From: Vicugna vicugna
Taxonomy: Eukaryota
DNA: 64,000 nt
Direction of reading: 5' to 3'
Assembly (NCBI GenBank): GCA_013265495.1
Contig: MU058781.1
Span: 10,893,009 to 10,957,008, forward strand
Shown piece after piece: positions 25,341-38,525 of this stretch. The notes beneath the pieces were generated by a model. That model saw nothing but the letters and a program-made list of their open reading frames with translations, had not been told where the DNA came from and did no database searches. The first letter of the stretch is position 1, and every line of letters starts with the position of its first letter. A program made the position numbers and the translations under genes.

Positions 25341-27472
25341 AAGTAGAAATTGTTCCAGTAACCAGCTCTTTGGTCCTGCTCAGCTAGCAGTGGATCACAA
25401 CACTAATCTTCCTCTCTCTGTTGAGATATCTCATATTCTCTCTCCAAGTCTTTCCTTTTTTTTTTTTTTCCTTCCTGGAAGGCTTCTTAATGAAGATTTT
25501 ATAAGTGTAATAAGGATGTTATGAAGAGGCAGGATGTTCAAAATGAAAGTTTTTAAAGCCTGCTTTAAAGCCTGGGCATTTGCATTTCATCCAGACAAAA
25601 AACCAGCAGTAGTAATGGCTCCATGTAAAAGCAGGGGATCATTCAGGATCATTGTATCCTTAAGGGGCTTTTAATGGTCCACGTTGCAAAGGCAGTCTCC
25701 ATCAAAATGGCATCGCAATGGCAGAATTAGACGGACATAGTGTATCCAAAGCTTGGTCAGTATAAATAATGCATTGTAACCCCAGGTAACAATCTTTATC
25801 AGCTGAGGGGGGAAAGAAACCAAAGAGTAAAGTAACACCCCTTGGCAGCTTGAAGACACTGTTCAGGCCCTTGAGATAAAGTAACTAGTGAGATGACCCT
25901 GGGTGACTCAGGGACCTCCAGGTAAGATGTGAGCAAAGCTCTAAAGCAGTCCACTCAGGTCCCGTAACATTAAAACCATTAAGATAACATTACGGTGAAG
26001 AATAAAATATACTATCACCAGCCTAGCTTTACCAGCTGCCACACTGCCAGGCACAGATATAGTGACTTATAAGCGGCCATTCAAATTATTTAAGGGAAGT
26101 GAAGTCTCCACTTGTTAACAAGAATATCACTTTAAGAGGTATCTGGCAAGAAATAGACCTACAATTTTAAACAAGATGACCAAAAAAAACCTATAGGCAC
26201 AAAAAGGCAACATCTTTCAATCTTGTTCTTGAATATTAATCTCAGAATACTTAAGTGAAAGGCTGTCCAGATTTATGTATCACTTATTTTATGTTCCAGA
26301 AAACTGAAGCATAGAGAACAGAAGTGCTTTGCACAAGGATACAAGGCCAAACCAAGCTTACAATCTAAATCTCCTAATGGAGGCCAAATGTGTTCATATT
26401 TGATGATGAATTGTATTTGAAGAAACAGTATGCTGATTCTTCTGGGTTAGAAATAAAACCTTCTTGACCTCATGCCCATCTACAAACAGTTTGGGGATAT
26501 CCCAAGGACAGGGAAGATGTTAGTCCCCCAACAGTGTAAATTTCCTCCCTCATATATCTGAAGTCTCCAGGACACTGGGATTCAAAGTTATTAAAAATTA
26601 TATGGTGACTTCAGGTGGTGGGAAAGACCCACCATACAAATAATGCCAACACCAAATTTGTATCCCACCCTTCCTCTATCCATTCCCAATTGTCTATATT
26701 GTATAGAAAGACTCCTGATATAACAAGTGTCTTTAAACACTCTCCAGATCATATAGCTCCCTTTAGATTCTCTAATAAAAAAAAAAACTTTTGACATTTT
26801 AAAAATGCATTAAATCAACTGCATTTACCACTGTAATTCACCTGAGATTTCCAAAAAAGTAGTCTGTATGTACCAGAGCATTAAACAGCCTATTTTCTCT
26901 GGGATTGCACAGGTCCATATATGCCCAATGCCCTCCTCTGTGTTCATATACCAGCCTTTCCCAGTCTTATTACTGTAACAATCTAGAGTCTATAATACTA
27001 GCTTATAGAGTATCATATTTCTGCAAGTGCTCAATTGTGCCATATACCTCTCTGAGAGGTTACCATAAGCCCAGGAGCCTCTCAATGTCATCTCCATGCT
27101 CCTTGGACATATTTCCATGGTATATCCCACTAAATAACTCCTGCAATTAAGGTAAGCATTTAGAAACATTTTTTTCTATTGTTACCATTGCTCCTTTTTT
27201 GTCGTCTTATTCATCCAGATTTCTCTTGTTTTGCAGATTGAGGTTTTGCCTTACTTACACGACCCTTCTCTTTCCCATAAACCAACCCCAAATAAAAGGG
27301 ATAAATGTTTGTCTCCTAATGAACCGCTGTATACCCCAAAGTGGCTAAGTGATTCTGGTTTGGGAAAAACATAAAAATAAAACAAACAAAAAAGGTCCCT
27401 TAGAAACTGGAAGGAAAGAGTTTAGAGAGTAGGAAAAAATTTAGAGTGGGAATATTCTGAGGCATGAAAAGC

Positions 27473-27975
27473 TGTCGTGTAAGCCCTGACAGCTGGTTTC
27501 TCTTTCTTCCAATGCAAGTGCCTGAATGCAGAGGCATCTACTTAAAGACTGCTATCCTGAATAAACATATTACCAGCCACTGAGTAGACAAAAAGCCAGG
27601 CCAACCACTCCTACCCTGACCCCTGGGCTCCCTTATTTTAGAGATCCTGGTTGATTTCTAGAACTGACCATTTGGGCCACTTGGTTTTTTTCTCTTCCCA
27701 CTCTTATGTTTTAAAGTCTCCAATAAAGAGTGAGCCCTCAAATCCACGCTCCCTCCCTCTATCCCAATAAAAACAACCCCCCTCCCCCGGCCCTTGTGCA
27801 CTCTCTCTCTTCCTATCCTCATGTGCCCTGTCATTTCCAGGACCTGTAATACACTTTTTTTTTTCAAAGATTCCTGATGGTTATTGCCAAGGTTACCTTA
27901 CAGTCATAATGAGAACCACAAGGGCCAGTGCAGCCACAACATTGGTTATCAATAGGCTAAGACCAGCACAAAACA
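27473..27975 (+). mobile_element. Complete ERVL-class solo LTR (MER54/MER73/MER74 group)
   Basis: Starts TGT and ends ACA, flanked by a perfect 5-bp TSD AAAGC (27468-27472; 27976-27980). 3' end 'gaaccacaagggccagtgcagccacaacattggttatc' resembles this group; subfamily from memory. Confidence 0.8.
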
Positions 27976-29109
27976 AAAGCACAACAAAAGCCACTCAAAT
28001 AAAGAGTAACCGATAGCACATTCTCAGGAAGCCACAGGATCTTGGAGAAAGAATGATTTGGCCTTAGACATAAACACAAATATCCAGACTGAGAGATTTC
28101 CCAGGAATATAAAAGTTATCTTTCAAATGTAAAGGCCAACATTCATCTCTGCTCCTGTACCTCTTGGTTACCTAGTCTTGTAGGTTTCTTACCTGTCTAA
28201 ATATAATTTATATCTTGATCCAGCCTTAGTGGACCAGAGAATGGGGACATTATGGCCTACCAGAAAATGGGGCTTAGGAAGGTGGGGTGCAAGACACATT
28301 GCTGATCTCCACCTACAGAAAGTAGAGCTTAAGTCTCTAAAGAATAGAAGAGAAAAATTAGCTGTCAGATGGTGGTAACTTGATTGCATAAACAAAGACA
28401 AAATGAAACTTCTATTGCCATTGTAGATGTTGGCCAAGCTTAAAGCCAAGGCTGAAGATGCAGTGAAGTGAGCAGCCCATCCCAGTGAACTTTTAAGAAA
28501 AGTTTCATAATATATCCAAACAAGAGGACTGTCTTCATTAATGTCACTAGTTACTAAGGTAGTTGCCTGTGAGTTGGGTTTTTTAAAATCTTGCTGGAGT
28601 GTGAAATGCTGATGTATTTTTCAATGGTGATATCTTTACTGCTAAGAGTGCTATACACTGCCTGCCATTAACTGGCTATTTTGAGCCCTACTGCATTAAT
28701 GGGCGTTATGCAACAAAGGACTAGAAAGAGAACATAGAAATTTCCACTATTTACCTCAGAAGCTGGATATAGTAAATGGATCATTTCACTAAAAGGGATA
28801 GTAGTCATTAGAAATATGAGATAGGAGAAATATAACATCACAAAATGGTCCAAAGTAACGGTAAAAATACCTGGAATTTTAAAAATAATTACTAGAATCG
28901 TAATTTGTATATAAGACCAAAAGTAAAAAAGATATTTCTGATCTTAACTCCCTCCCCAAATTTCTCTGTAACTAAGTTAGTCCTGAAAATTGAACTCAGC
29001 CAAAATCTAGGACCCTGGAATCATGACATTCTAAAACCAATACACTGGGCAGGGGTAGTCAATCAATTTTAAAAACTGCATTCTGTTTCAATATAAAAAA
29101 AAAATTGAA

Positions 29110-29320
29110 ATGATTTTCACTTCTGTATATTTTCCTCTAATTCTTATCCATGGGCACACAAATATTAAATGGTTGTACAGGCTATTTTCATTTATGCTTC
29201 CCCCTATATTTATTATCAGATATTATTCCATATCCCTGCATTGCTTTCATGAGTATTGTTTTAATGGTATTACTAAATTTCATCATATTGCTATATCATA
29301 ATTTATACAACTAGTCTAGA
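29110..29320 (-). mobile_element. Old L1 3' fragment
   Basis: 'attgttttaatggtattactaaatttcatcatattgctatatcataatttatacaactagtc'. Confidence 0.5.
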
Positions 29321-30150
29321 AATGAGATATCCTTTGAGTTGTGAATGGTTAATCAACTCTTGTGAAAACTGAAAATTTAGTTTTTAGAAATTTTCAGCAC
29401 GGACATGGGGTTGGGGAAAGGGAGGAGGTATCCCTGGAGGTCAGGACAAACTTTAGTAAACAATCCACTCTAACAGTTCTTAGAAAGGATTCAGAACTGC
29501 CAAGAGTTTGTGTTCCCTATGTTTCTATACCTCAGCTTTTCTCAAGGATACCAATGTGGTTCAAATCATTTGTACGTTTTATTGCATATAACCTATTACT
29601 AATATTAAAGTCTCAAATTTTGAGAAATCCTTTTTTTAAGTAAATAAGAATAGATTTAAGATTATCCTATGATGATGCCTTGAAAACTGCATTCCAGTGA
29701 GCAGCTTGAATGGGAAACAAAGGAGGGGTACACTCAGAAAAGTATTGCACACCTGGACGTGCTATCACACATAAGACAACAACAGCAAAGTTTTTAGGGA
29801 ATGGACAGCACTACCCTAGATTTTTGCCCTAGTGTTGAACTGATTCATGTCTCATAGGATTGCTGGTTTCCAAGGCAGAGCAGGAGTGCCTTTTCCTATG
29901 GATAGCTCTAGAAATTTACTAGGAAATGTCGTAGCTGCCACAATAAAGAGTTCTGCTGTAAGGAGAGAGTGCCTCCAAGTATTCTATAGAATCTTCCTAC
30001 TTTCAGTGTAGGAAAAAGAAATGGAAGAGGAGGGCTGGACACACCATTAAAACAAGGGTCCTTTCTGATATTGGCCTGATACAGCTCTCTTTTTAATGGT
30101 TGTTTGTAGGGGGGAAAAAAACATAAGCATAAGAAAACATTAAAATATAC

Positions 30151-30325
30151 AAGTGGTTTCCAAACTTGGCAAAGCACTGGAATCATTTGGAGAAGTTTTT
30201 TTCCCCACACCCAATGCCTGGATCCCCAAAACAGAGATTCTGACTTAACTTGTCAGACCTCGGCATTTAGACATTTAGAAGCTCCACAGTGATGCTAATG
30301 TTGAAGCAAAGTTTGAAAACCGCTG
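30151..30325. mobile_element. MER5A-like hAT-Charlie MITE
   Basis: TIRs aagtggtttccaaact ... agtttgaaaaccgctg with internal 'gaatcatttgga' and 'cagagattctgacttaa'. Confidence 0.8.
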
Positions 30326-33300
30326 AGATACTGGACCCAGTAAGTTAGTAAATGCATTAATAGGACCAGGTTGCTGACCTCTAATGATTAAGCTACTTTC
30401 TGGCCTTGAGAACTGTGATCAAATTAATGCTTCTAAATCTGAAGTACTTAACTGAAACTCATAGAAAACAGATAAGCACAAAGTTCAGCAACACCTCTTT
30501 GGTGAAGTATTCATTAGGGAGGACTCTGTCCTTATCTGCCCTGACTAGGTCCAAATAAGATTTGCAGATGAAGATATGTAATTAGGATAAGTGGGTTCTT
30601 AGAGAAAGAACATGTTGAAACACTAGAATTAAGACTTTAAGAGAATTTTAAGACAAGAAACAAAGTCATAAAACTTCGATCAAGGGAAGAAAGGGGGTAG
30701 ATTCACTTTCATGACACTGAGATTTATTTGCTATTAATAGACAATGTTAACAGTGTAGGTTTTGAATATGGATGGATAAGCCTGTTTTTAGACGTTTAAA
30801 GAAATTCGTATGTTAAAGAAAACACATATATAGATTTAAGTATAAAAGAGAATGCTTTGGGCATAGTTGTATGATGAGAATTTTTCTCATTCAGTCATGT
30901 TAAACATAAGCAGGATTTTTGGTGGGGAAAATTCATAATTTAAATCAAAATAAGATTTGAGCATGAAGATTGAAAGCATATTTCAAAGAGCAAGTTTTAT
31001 TTGAAGACAGTTACAGCAACAAAATCTAAAGCATGACTGTGTAAAGGTAGTGATATCAGAAGGCAAGAAGCAATATTCAAAGACAATCAACAGAACATGG
31101 ATATTGGAAACAGAAAATTCTCCGTCCTCTTATTCCTGAGGTCAGCAAAGCCTGGCATGTTTGCCCCTCAATTTTTCTGGTCTTAAGGACTTTCTTCTCA
31201 TAGGCTGGTTTATGCAAAAAGACCAGTGAAGGATGGCCCCTAACTAGAAACCAAGAGGGTGAAATAGACTCTGGCAAGCAAACAGAAAGTTTGCTTTTTG
31301 CCACAAAAAGAAACTACGAGATAGTGATTTAACCAGTCACCTCTTTTCTCAGTGCAGAAAGACACTGGTTAGAGAATACAATGAAGGCTGTCTACCAAAA
31401 GAGGAAACATAAGTGGATTCATTGAGCTACATCTCTCTCCCTTTTTTCAATCACAACTAAAAAGACCATATTGGGGGGTAGGGGATGATAAGATAAGACC
31501 TATAAATGAAGGTCTAAGCATGTAGCTTTATCTTGTTTTCCATAAATGAAGGAGAGAGAAATATTATGCAGCTGAAAATACAATTTCTTGAGGGGCAAAG
31601 TAAAATATTAAGTGATTTTCCCATTGCAAATAAGGCAATTAAAACCATTCAATTTGACAGAGCACTGGGCCCAGTTGAATTGCACCATAATTCGTGAGAA
31701 AAAAAAAATAGTAGCAAAGGAAACAGAGAAGCCTTTGGCAAAACTCTTTGAGAGCTCAATAAGTAAAGAATAAAGGGAACAATCGCATTTGAGTCACAAA
31801 TAAGCATTCTTAGATTTAAGCAAAAGAAAATCACTGAAAGAACTAGTTTTCCCAACTTCAATTATTAAGCACAAGAATAAAGATTGAGTGCTTAAAGATA
31901 AGCACTCAAATCTATGTGTTTGTGATTTATCTAAGAGAATTGGTCTGAATTGAGGAATTTAAAATTTATTTTTATTCAGATTTCCAGAAAGCACTGACAA
32001 TTTTACTACCATGTCACCTAGTAATACTAAAAACTCACTAATAAACAAAGCACCCTAAATCATCCTGTATATGAGAACTAATGATACCACATTTCACAAG
32101 CTGATAAAAAATTGCCAGTACACATGAATTACCGCTCAAAAACATTTTTTTTACAGAAATGTCTGCTTCTTTTTTTTTTCACAGAAACATCTCATAATCA
32201 TTATACAACTAGTACATTTTTTACAGATTAGGATAAAAATATTTAACCCTATACTCTCTACATGCAGATCATTTCTCCTTCACCCTTGTCTGCTGTCATT
32301 GATTGGTGACCCCTGGATCATGTGTCACTCACTATAATGCTGTAGGGACAAAACCCAGCCTCATCCCAGCTATGCTGCTGAAATGACTGCATGCAGCAGA
32401 CCTGTAGAGCAAAAGGGCCTTTTGTATACGTTCTCCCCAACAGCCGTATCTTTGTTTCTCCTCTTCTGTGCGGTTTTTATCACCCAGACCTCAGGGGTCT
32501 CTCTGCTTCCTGACACGGAAATGTTTGAACACTTGAAAAGCACGAATGTATGTGACTGCACTATTCTCATCAGAATTTTAGTACACCTTGAACAAAAAGC
32601 ACAGGCAGTCACATGAAGCCAGGTCTATCATGGTCAGATATTCCATTCAGTTAAAAGGGAGCATAAACGTAGAAGCCTGAAAGAAAAGCCTACTTAAAAA
32701 AGAGAGAAAGAAAGAAAAGCAAAGGTTAAGTTAAAGAAACATGGAGCCATCATCTACGAGATAATTTAATGAAGTCAGACAAACCAGGAGAAAAACATTT
32801 AATGGTTCCCTCCCTTTAAATCAAAACTGCCTTAAAAATAGTGCCATCTGCATTGAGCCACCAGGTAAGATATTCAAGGGTGGGAGACCCTTTAGAAACA
32901 GAAAAAAACACGATTAGGTAGATACCTATAAAACCTCCTCCTGCTCTGAGAGTCAACGGTTCTTTGATTTTCTTGTTCAAAGTCAAGGTTGTGTTCAGAC
33001 ACTGTCTATGAACAACTCTTACTATGTTTTTCCACTTTGAGTACTTTTGCCAATAACCTGAGTGGATAGTTGAAGCTCCTCAAAGAAAATTTTACACTTC
33101 TCTTTACTTTTTAAATTTTAGAAATTTTATATAAAAGAGTAAAAGACTGAGTTTTGCCTCTAGAAAAGATTGTGTGTATAATACCTTAGCATCTATTTAT
33201 TATCAAGGACCACAAGCACTCCTTGACAACATACTGCTACATTGTTATATTTATAAATATGTCATTCACCCCTGAATTGGCATTAACAGTGGAGTAAGTT

Positions 33301-33345
33301 CACTTTTCTCTCAACTTAACTCAAGCAGAAACAGAGGTGTACTAA

Positions 33346-33768
33346 TTCTATTAGATTAAATTATGCTGCAGTAATCAACAACCCCCAAGTCTCAGCAGCT
33401 TAAATATAACAAGGATGCACATACATACAAAAAGTCTCACATACAAAAAGTCTACTATCTTGCTGGCGGACTCTCCAGAGCAACAGTCTTTCATGCAGTA
33501 ACTCAGAGATCTTGAGTAATGGTGGTGCCCCATTATCCAGCTTTTCTACATGGAATAAGTGGCTTCCTCTGTTGCTATGGCAGCCAAAAAAAAGAAAACT
33601 GGAGGACTGTGCTGTAGTTCTTCTATCTTTTGGTCCAGGAGTGAAAGACACCACTTCCATCTCTCACTTATTGGACAAATCTAGCCATGTAGCCCCAACT
33701 AACAACAAGATGGCTGGGAAATGTGGTTGAGTAGATGGAACGTTGGGTGATCACCTATCTCTGCTGCA
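33346..33768 (-). mobile_element. MaLR LTR (MLT1I/J-like)
   Basis: 'ttatgctgcagtaatcaacaacccccaagtctcagcagcttaaa...cacttattggacaaatctagccatgtagcccc...ggctgggaaatgtg'. Confidence 0.8.
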
Positions 33769-33884
33769 ATAAAATAATGGAAGTGGAAGAATGAGGAAAG
33801 TAACCTGAGGTTCCAGAAGCAAATAGCCATTTATCTGAGGCAAGCTTCTTGGGAAGCTGAATTCATGGAGGTTGCCATAAATTC

Positions 33885-34125
33885 AGCAATAACATAGCTA
33901 ACATTTATTGAATGCTTGAAAAGTACCATATATTGTTCGGCTTTGCCTGTGTTAACTCATTCACTCTTCACAACTATTATACCAGAAAAGTGATATTATT
34001 ATCCACATATTACTAAGAGTAAGTGTGAAACAGAAAAGTAACTTGACCAAGATTACACAGCTAACAAGGGGCAGAGCCAGAATCTGAACCCAAGCTATCT
34101 GGTCCCCGAGCCCACTCTCTCAATT
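33885..34125 (-). mobile_element. MIR SINE
   Basis: 'atagctaacatttattgaatgctt...gtaacttgaccaagattacacagctaacaaggggcagagccagaatctgaacccaagc'. Confidence 0.85.
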
Positions 34126-34219
34126 GTTCATGATGAGGTAGGGAAAAAATGAACTTCAAACAAATTGAATTCTATTAGGAGTTATTTTTAATTTCTTTTT
34201 TTTAATCTCATGTAGAAAG

Positions 34220-34425
34220 TGAGATGTGGTGGAAGAAGATGTGTGGCCAGAATATCTGAGTTCCAGCCCCAATTTAACCAGATATGATGGGATATTGAAT
34301 AAAATACTTAACTTTCCCAAGCCCACTCCTCCAAATGGAAAATGAGGCTCATGCTGAGATAGGCTTCTTGTCCAGGAAAAAAAAAATAAATGTGGAAAAC
34401 ATTTTATAAACTCTAAAGTTCTATC
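34220..34425 (+). mobile_element. MIR SINE fragment
   Basis: 'atctgagttccagcccc...tacttaactttcccaagcc...ggaaaatgagg'. Confidence 0.55.
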
Positions 34426-34539
34426 ATGCCTCAGCTACAGAAGCACTGTACAAGGTAGGCAGACCTTTACTAACTTAGCTGTTCACTTATTTTTTTAATC
34501 TCACCTTTCTAGAAAATTCCAGACCTGAATCAATCCAAC

Positions 34540-35720
34540 TGTTTATTCTTTCCACTTCTCTTTCAAACTGCTGAGTGCTGCCAGAGAAAAAAACATATAG
34601 AGCCAAGTTCTTCTTTCCTTCTACAAGTTTAGAGTTTCCAATCCTCTCTGGGCATCAAGGCTTCTTGGCAATCCTAAATTTCGCTCAGCTCCCTCTTCTA
34701 CTCTCCACAGAAGCCATGTCTACACATTCCATGTTTTCACCAAACCTCTTAGACCATAACTCCTATCTTACACTCCCAGTAATGACTTGACCTCCTAGTT
34801 CACAAAGAAAATAAAAAATAGGAATCAGATAGGAATTCCCTCAAATTCTGACACCAAACCTTCCTGTAGCTCATCTTTTTCTCCCCTCCTCCTGTGACAG
34901 TGGAAGAAGTGTTCTGGTCAACCAGATTCTATCTGGACAAGACTAATGTCTCCATCTATCCTCTGCTTCTCATTCTTTCTTAGACTCTCATCAACCTAAG
35001 CCCATCAGTTATCTACTCAGTTATTTTTCTACACCATTGACCTCTCCATTTCTAAATGGTTTCCTACCATGTCATTTAGTTGTGATCAGGTACCTCTCTC
35101 TACCTCATTCTCCCTCCAGTTACTACCCTAATCTCATCTCCTTTCTCAAAATTAAGCTTCTTAAAATAATTGTCTCCACTTAAATCACTTACCATTAGTT
35201 CCTTCATCTACTACAATGTAGCTTTTACCACATCATCCTACCGGATCACACACACATACACACACACACCCCTCTTCTTGTTGATAAATAAGTGGCTTGT
35301 AGTTCTTTGTTTACTTATCTGTAGCACTTGACATTTTCGAACATTCCTTCCTGCCTTAAAAGCTCTATTCTCATGATTTTCAGAACACTGCATTCTCTTT
35401 GTTCCCTCCCTTTCTCTTCGGCTTTTCCACCCAGACAGCTTTGCAGAGCTAATTTATTTTGCCCATTCCTTATACGTTCATGTCCCTCAGGATTCCACCT
35501 TTTCCTTCGACTTTTTCCACCCTAATAATTCTCAGCTGATAATTGCAGGCATACACATGGCTTCAGATACAAACTTTTGGCTGATGATTTCAAAATTAAT
35601 CCTTCTCTTGGGCTGTAAACTGTATATCCTACTGCCTACTGGATAGCTTGCTTCTCTTGAATATTCCACAGGAGCTACACCTTCAACACATGCCAAATAT
35701 TCATGGAGCTTTGACTACAT
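34540..35720 (+). mobile_element. L2 internal fragment
   Basis: Long CT-rich decayed L2, e.g. 'gacttgacctcctagttcacaaagaaaata', 'catggcttcagatac...gctgatgatttcaaaatt', 'tatatcctactgcctactggata'. Confidence 0.75.
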
Positions 35721-36297
35721 GCCTTTTCTCTGCTACATGTTTAAACTAAGGAAATAAAAGATAAGGAGGCTGCACCCTCAAGCAAAATTTTTGTATTTAT
35801 GGCAAGGGCTATGCTGGAGACAGGCTCTAGGGGTGCTATCAGACCACAGATGTTACACTCCAAAATAAAAGTGGATAATATTTTAAACAGATCTCTCACT
35901 TTGATTGTGGGCATATCAAGTAGCACATCAAAACTGTTTTGTGTTTAGTCAGTTGAAATTTGGAAGCAGTATTTCAGGGTCTTCTCCTTTAGAAGCAACT
36001 TTGTAGTAAGAGACAGCATCACACTTAACAGTGATGGGAAAGATTCGATTAGGCACATTCTGGGAAGCCCAGGACACTAAACACATTTGGAGAAAAGGCA
36101 ATAGCAAGTAAAGAATATTGGAGATTTCTATTTCTCAATTATATCATTATTCTGATCTCCAAAAATCTTTCCCTTTGGGAAATATACTTTGATCAAAACC
36201 AGAAATAATTTATCACCTAAGCTGCCATAATATCTTCTTATACAGGATTTGTACAGTATAAGACTTAGTTGAGCATAAATTATATATCTGCTCCTGA

Positions 36298-36422
<125 letters not shown>

Positions 36423-36879
36423 TTTGTATGTATTATTCAGCAGCAGATATATAATATTAAACATATTATCAATTTATAAGTAAATAGTCTTCAATGAAAA
36501 AATTATATAAATTTTCAGTAGGAATACTTTAATTACTAGAAAATTATAAGTAGGTTCAAACACAGTCTTTGCCTGAATGATGAACTATAACCTTAAAAAT
36601 TACAGAAGTTATTGAGATAGTTCAAATATTAATCTTTTTTTTTCTTTACCTGGATAGAATATTTACAGCTGAAGACTTATCTCCCTTTGGACTGATACCT
36701 CTGCCAACATTGATTTAATCTCCCTTTGCTAACGGCATTAATATATTGACATTTTAAATCTAGAAGAAAAAGAACTTCTAAGTCGATTTTCAGAGATGCC
36801 ACACCAGCAAGAAAAATGAGGATCCCTGATCCTTCTCCTCTCCTCATCTCTCCCTCCTCCTCTTCATATTGTTTTTCAG

Positions 36880-36885
36880 TTGCAG
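36880..36885 (+). other. Candidate 6-nt microexon TTGCAG
   Basis: Branch-like CTGAT (36826-36830), ~50-nt pyrimidine tract free of AG, ttttcag acceptor, then TTGCAG|GTAAGT consensus donor. Host gene unknown. Confidence 0.3.
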
Positions 36886-37189
36886 GTAAGTCCAATGGCT
36901 AGAAGTTCCCTGGCCTGGGACCTTCTCTGCAACTCTGCCCCAAGCTAGATCAAATCAGATATGTAAGGGGACAAAGTGTATCTTAGCTTTTCTACCAGTG
37001 ACCCTTACAATCTGTCTTGAAGATTTCCCTTAAGTACTCTTTGTCTTAGAGAGTCTTCTTTCATTCTCTAACAAAACTCATTTTTATGGCTTTAGAGCAC
37101 TCTCCTTAGCCATAACCATGGAAAAGTTTGATTTACTAATGTACAAAACATAATAGTAACTGACCTAACCCTCTTCAAGAGAGCAGCAG

Positions 37190-37430
37190 TGGTAACTGTT
37201 AATTCCTGAGGGCCTGATGTGCACTAGGTACCTGGAACTAAGTACTCTGTCACAGAATCTCATCTAATGATTTAGAACTGTGTAGGTAGGTACCGCAACA
37301 CAGGCACTAGTCATTCTTTTTACAGTTGAAGAAGCTGAGCCTCAGAAACGAAGAGACTACTCACAGTCCAATGGTAGTGCAGGGATTCTAATCCAGGCAA
37401 ATCTGACTCCAAAATATAAGTTCTTTTAAT
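37190..37430 (-). mobile_element. MIR SINE
   Basis: 'ttttacagttgaagaagctgagcctcaga...agggattctaatccaggcaaatctgactccaaa'. Confidence 0.75.
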
Positions 37431-38344
37431 TGCATTTTGACAAAAAAAATGGTTTCACTAAATATCCTTGGATTTCTAATAATGGAAATTCAAAGACTGT
37501 TTAAAAAGACTTTTTCTTGCCCTTTGGAGTTTTGTTTGTTTTGGGATTGGGGGAGGGGGCAGGGTTCGGTGTGGGGGAAGGGCTTTGAATATCAAGTACA
37601 CTACCAGAGGTCAGTACACTATCTCTGGTCAGAGGTCAGATTTTCCTGAACCCAACAGACCAGATATCAGAATGAAATGTGAAGGCAACAATTTGTTTCT
37701 TTCCTTCGAATTGTGAAACAGATTTTTTTTTTTGCAAAAATCACTTACAGAAGTTAAATGATGACATTCATGACGAAGACATTTGTGTAACTTAGCAGTT
37801 AGCCAAAGCAGAACCACAACAGTGCACAAGCATGCTTGCTTCACCTCTTCAGGGATCATCTTACATTCATCTCTCTTGGAAGTTAAAGCACCTGAGTTGT
37901 CAGACGCTGGTGTGGGCGGTGACCTCTAACAACCAGATAGGGCTCTAGCTTTCACTCCAAGTTTCATGTTGAGTTTCATTTGTTTCAAGAAAGCATCTGA
38001 GAAGGAAGCCTCGAACCCAAGCAGGTGTTTATTATGCAGACATTTTAATACAGCCCTGTAAAATCTCAGTGAGAAATCTTATATCCTATCCTGAGATCAG
38101 GAAGAAGAAGCCACAAAAAAAGGAGTGCAAAAGACTATTTCTAGCAATATCTTCCTTATTTTCAGTTATTAGATGGGAAAAAAAAGAATACATATGAAGA
38201 TGGCATGTTTGGGAAATTGGAGATATATTTGAATACTCACCTCTCAAGGACAACCTGACCACGAATAAACAGTAGGCAAAGATCAGCCTCAGGAAGAACA
38301 CCAACCAGTAAGGGGTGTAACAGACACTGTCGTTGAGAAGTCAC

Positions 38345-38525
38345 CTCGTACTGGCCACTGTGCCAAGTGCCTTACATAGTTTATCTCATCCCAATTTCAC
38401 TAGTATACCCTATGGAACACTTAGTAATAGTCTCATTTCACGAGTGAGGGAACCAATGCTCAGAGACGTCCAGTCTCTGGCCTAAGCACACAAGCATGTA
38501 AATGACAGAACTCAGATCCAACTTT
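38345..38525 (-). mobile_element. MIR SINE
   Basis: 'cactgtgccaagtgccttacata...ctcatttcacgagtgagggaaccaatgctcagaga'. Confidence 0.7.

Noticed and set aside
29393..29406. RE1-like TTCAGCAC-GGACAT
   Set aside because: Half-site spacing is 3 nt too short for canonical REST binding.
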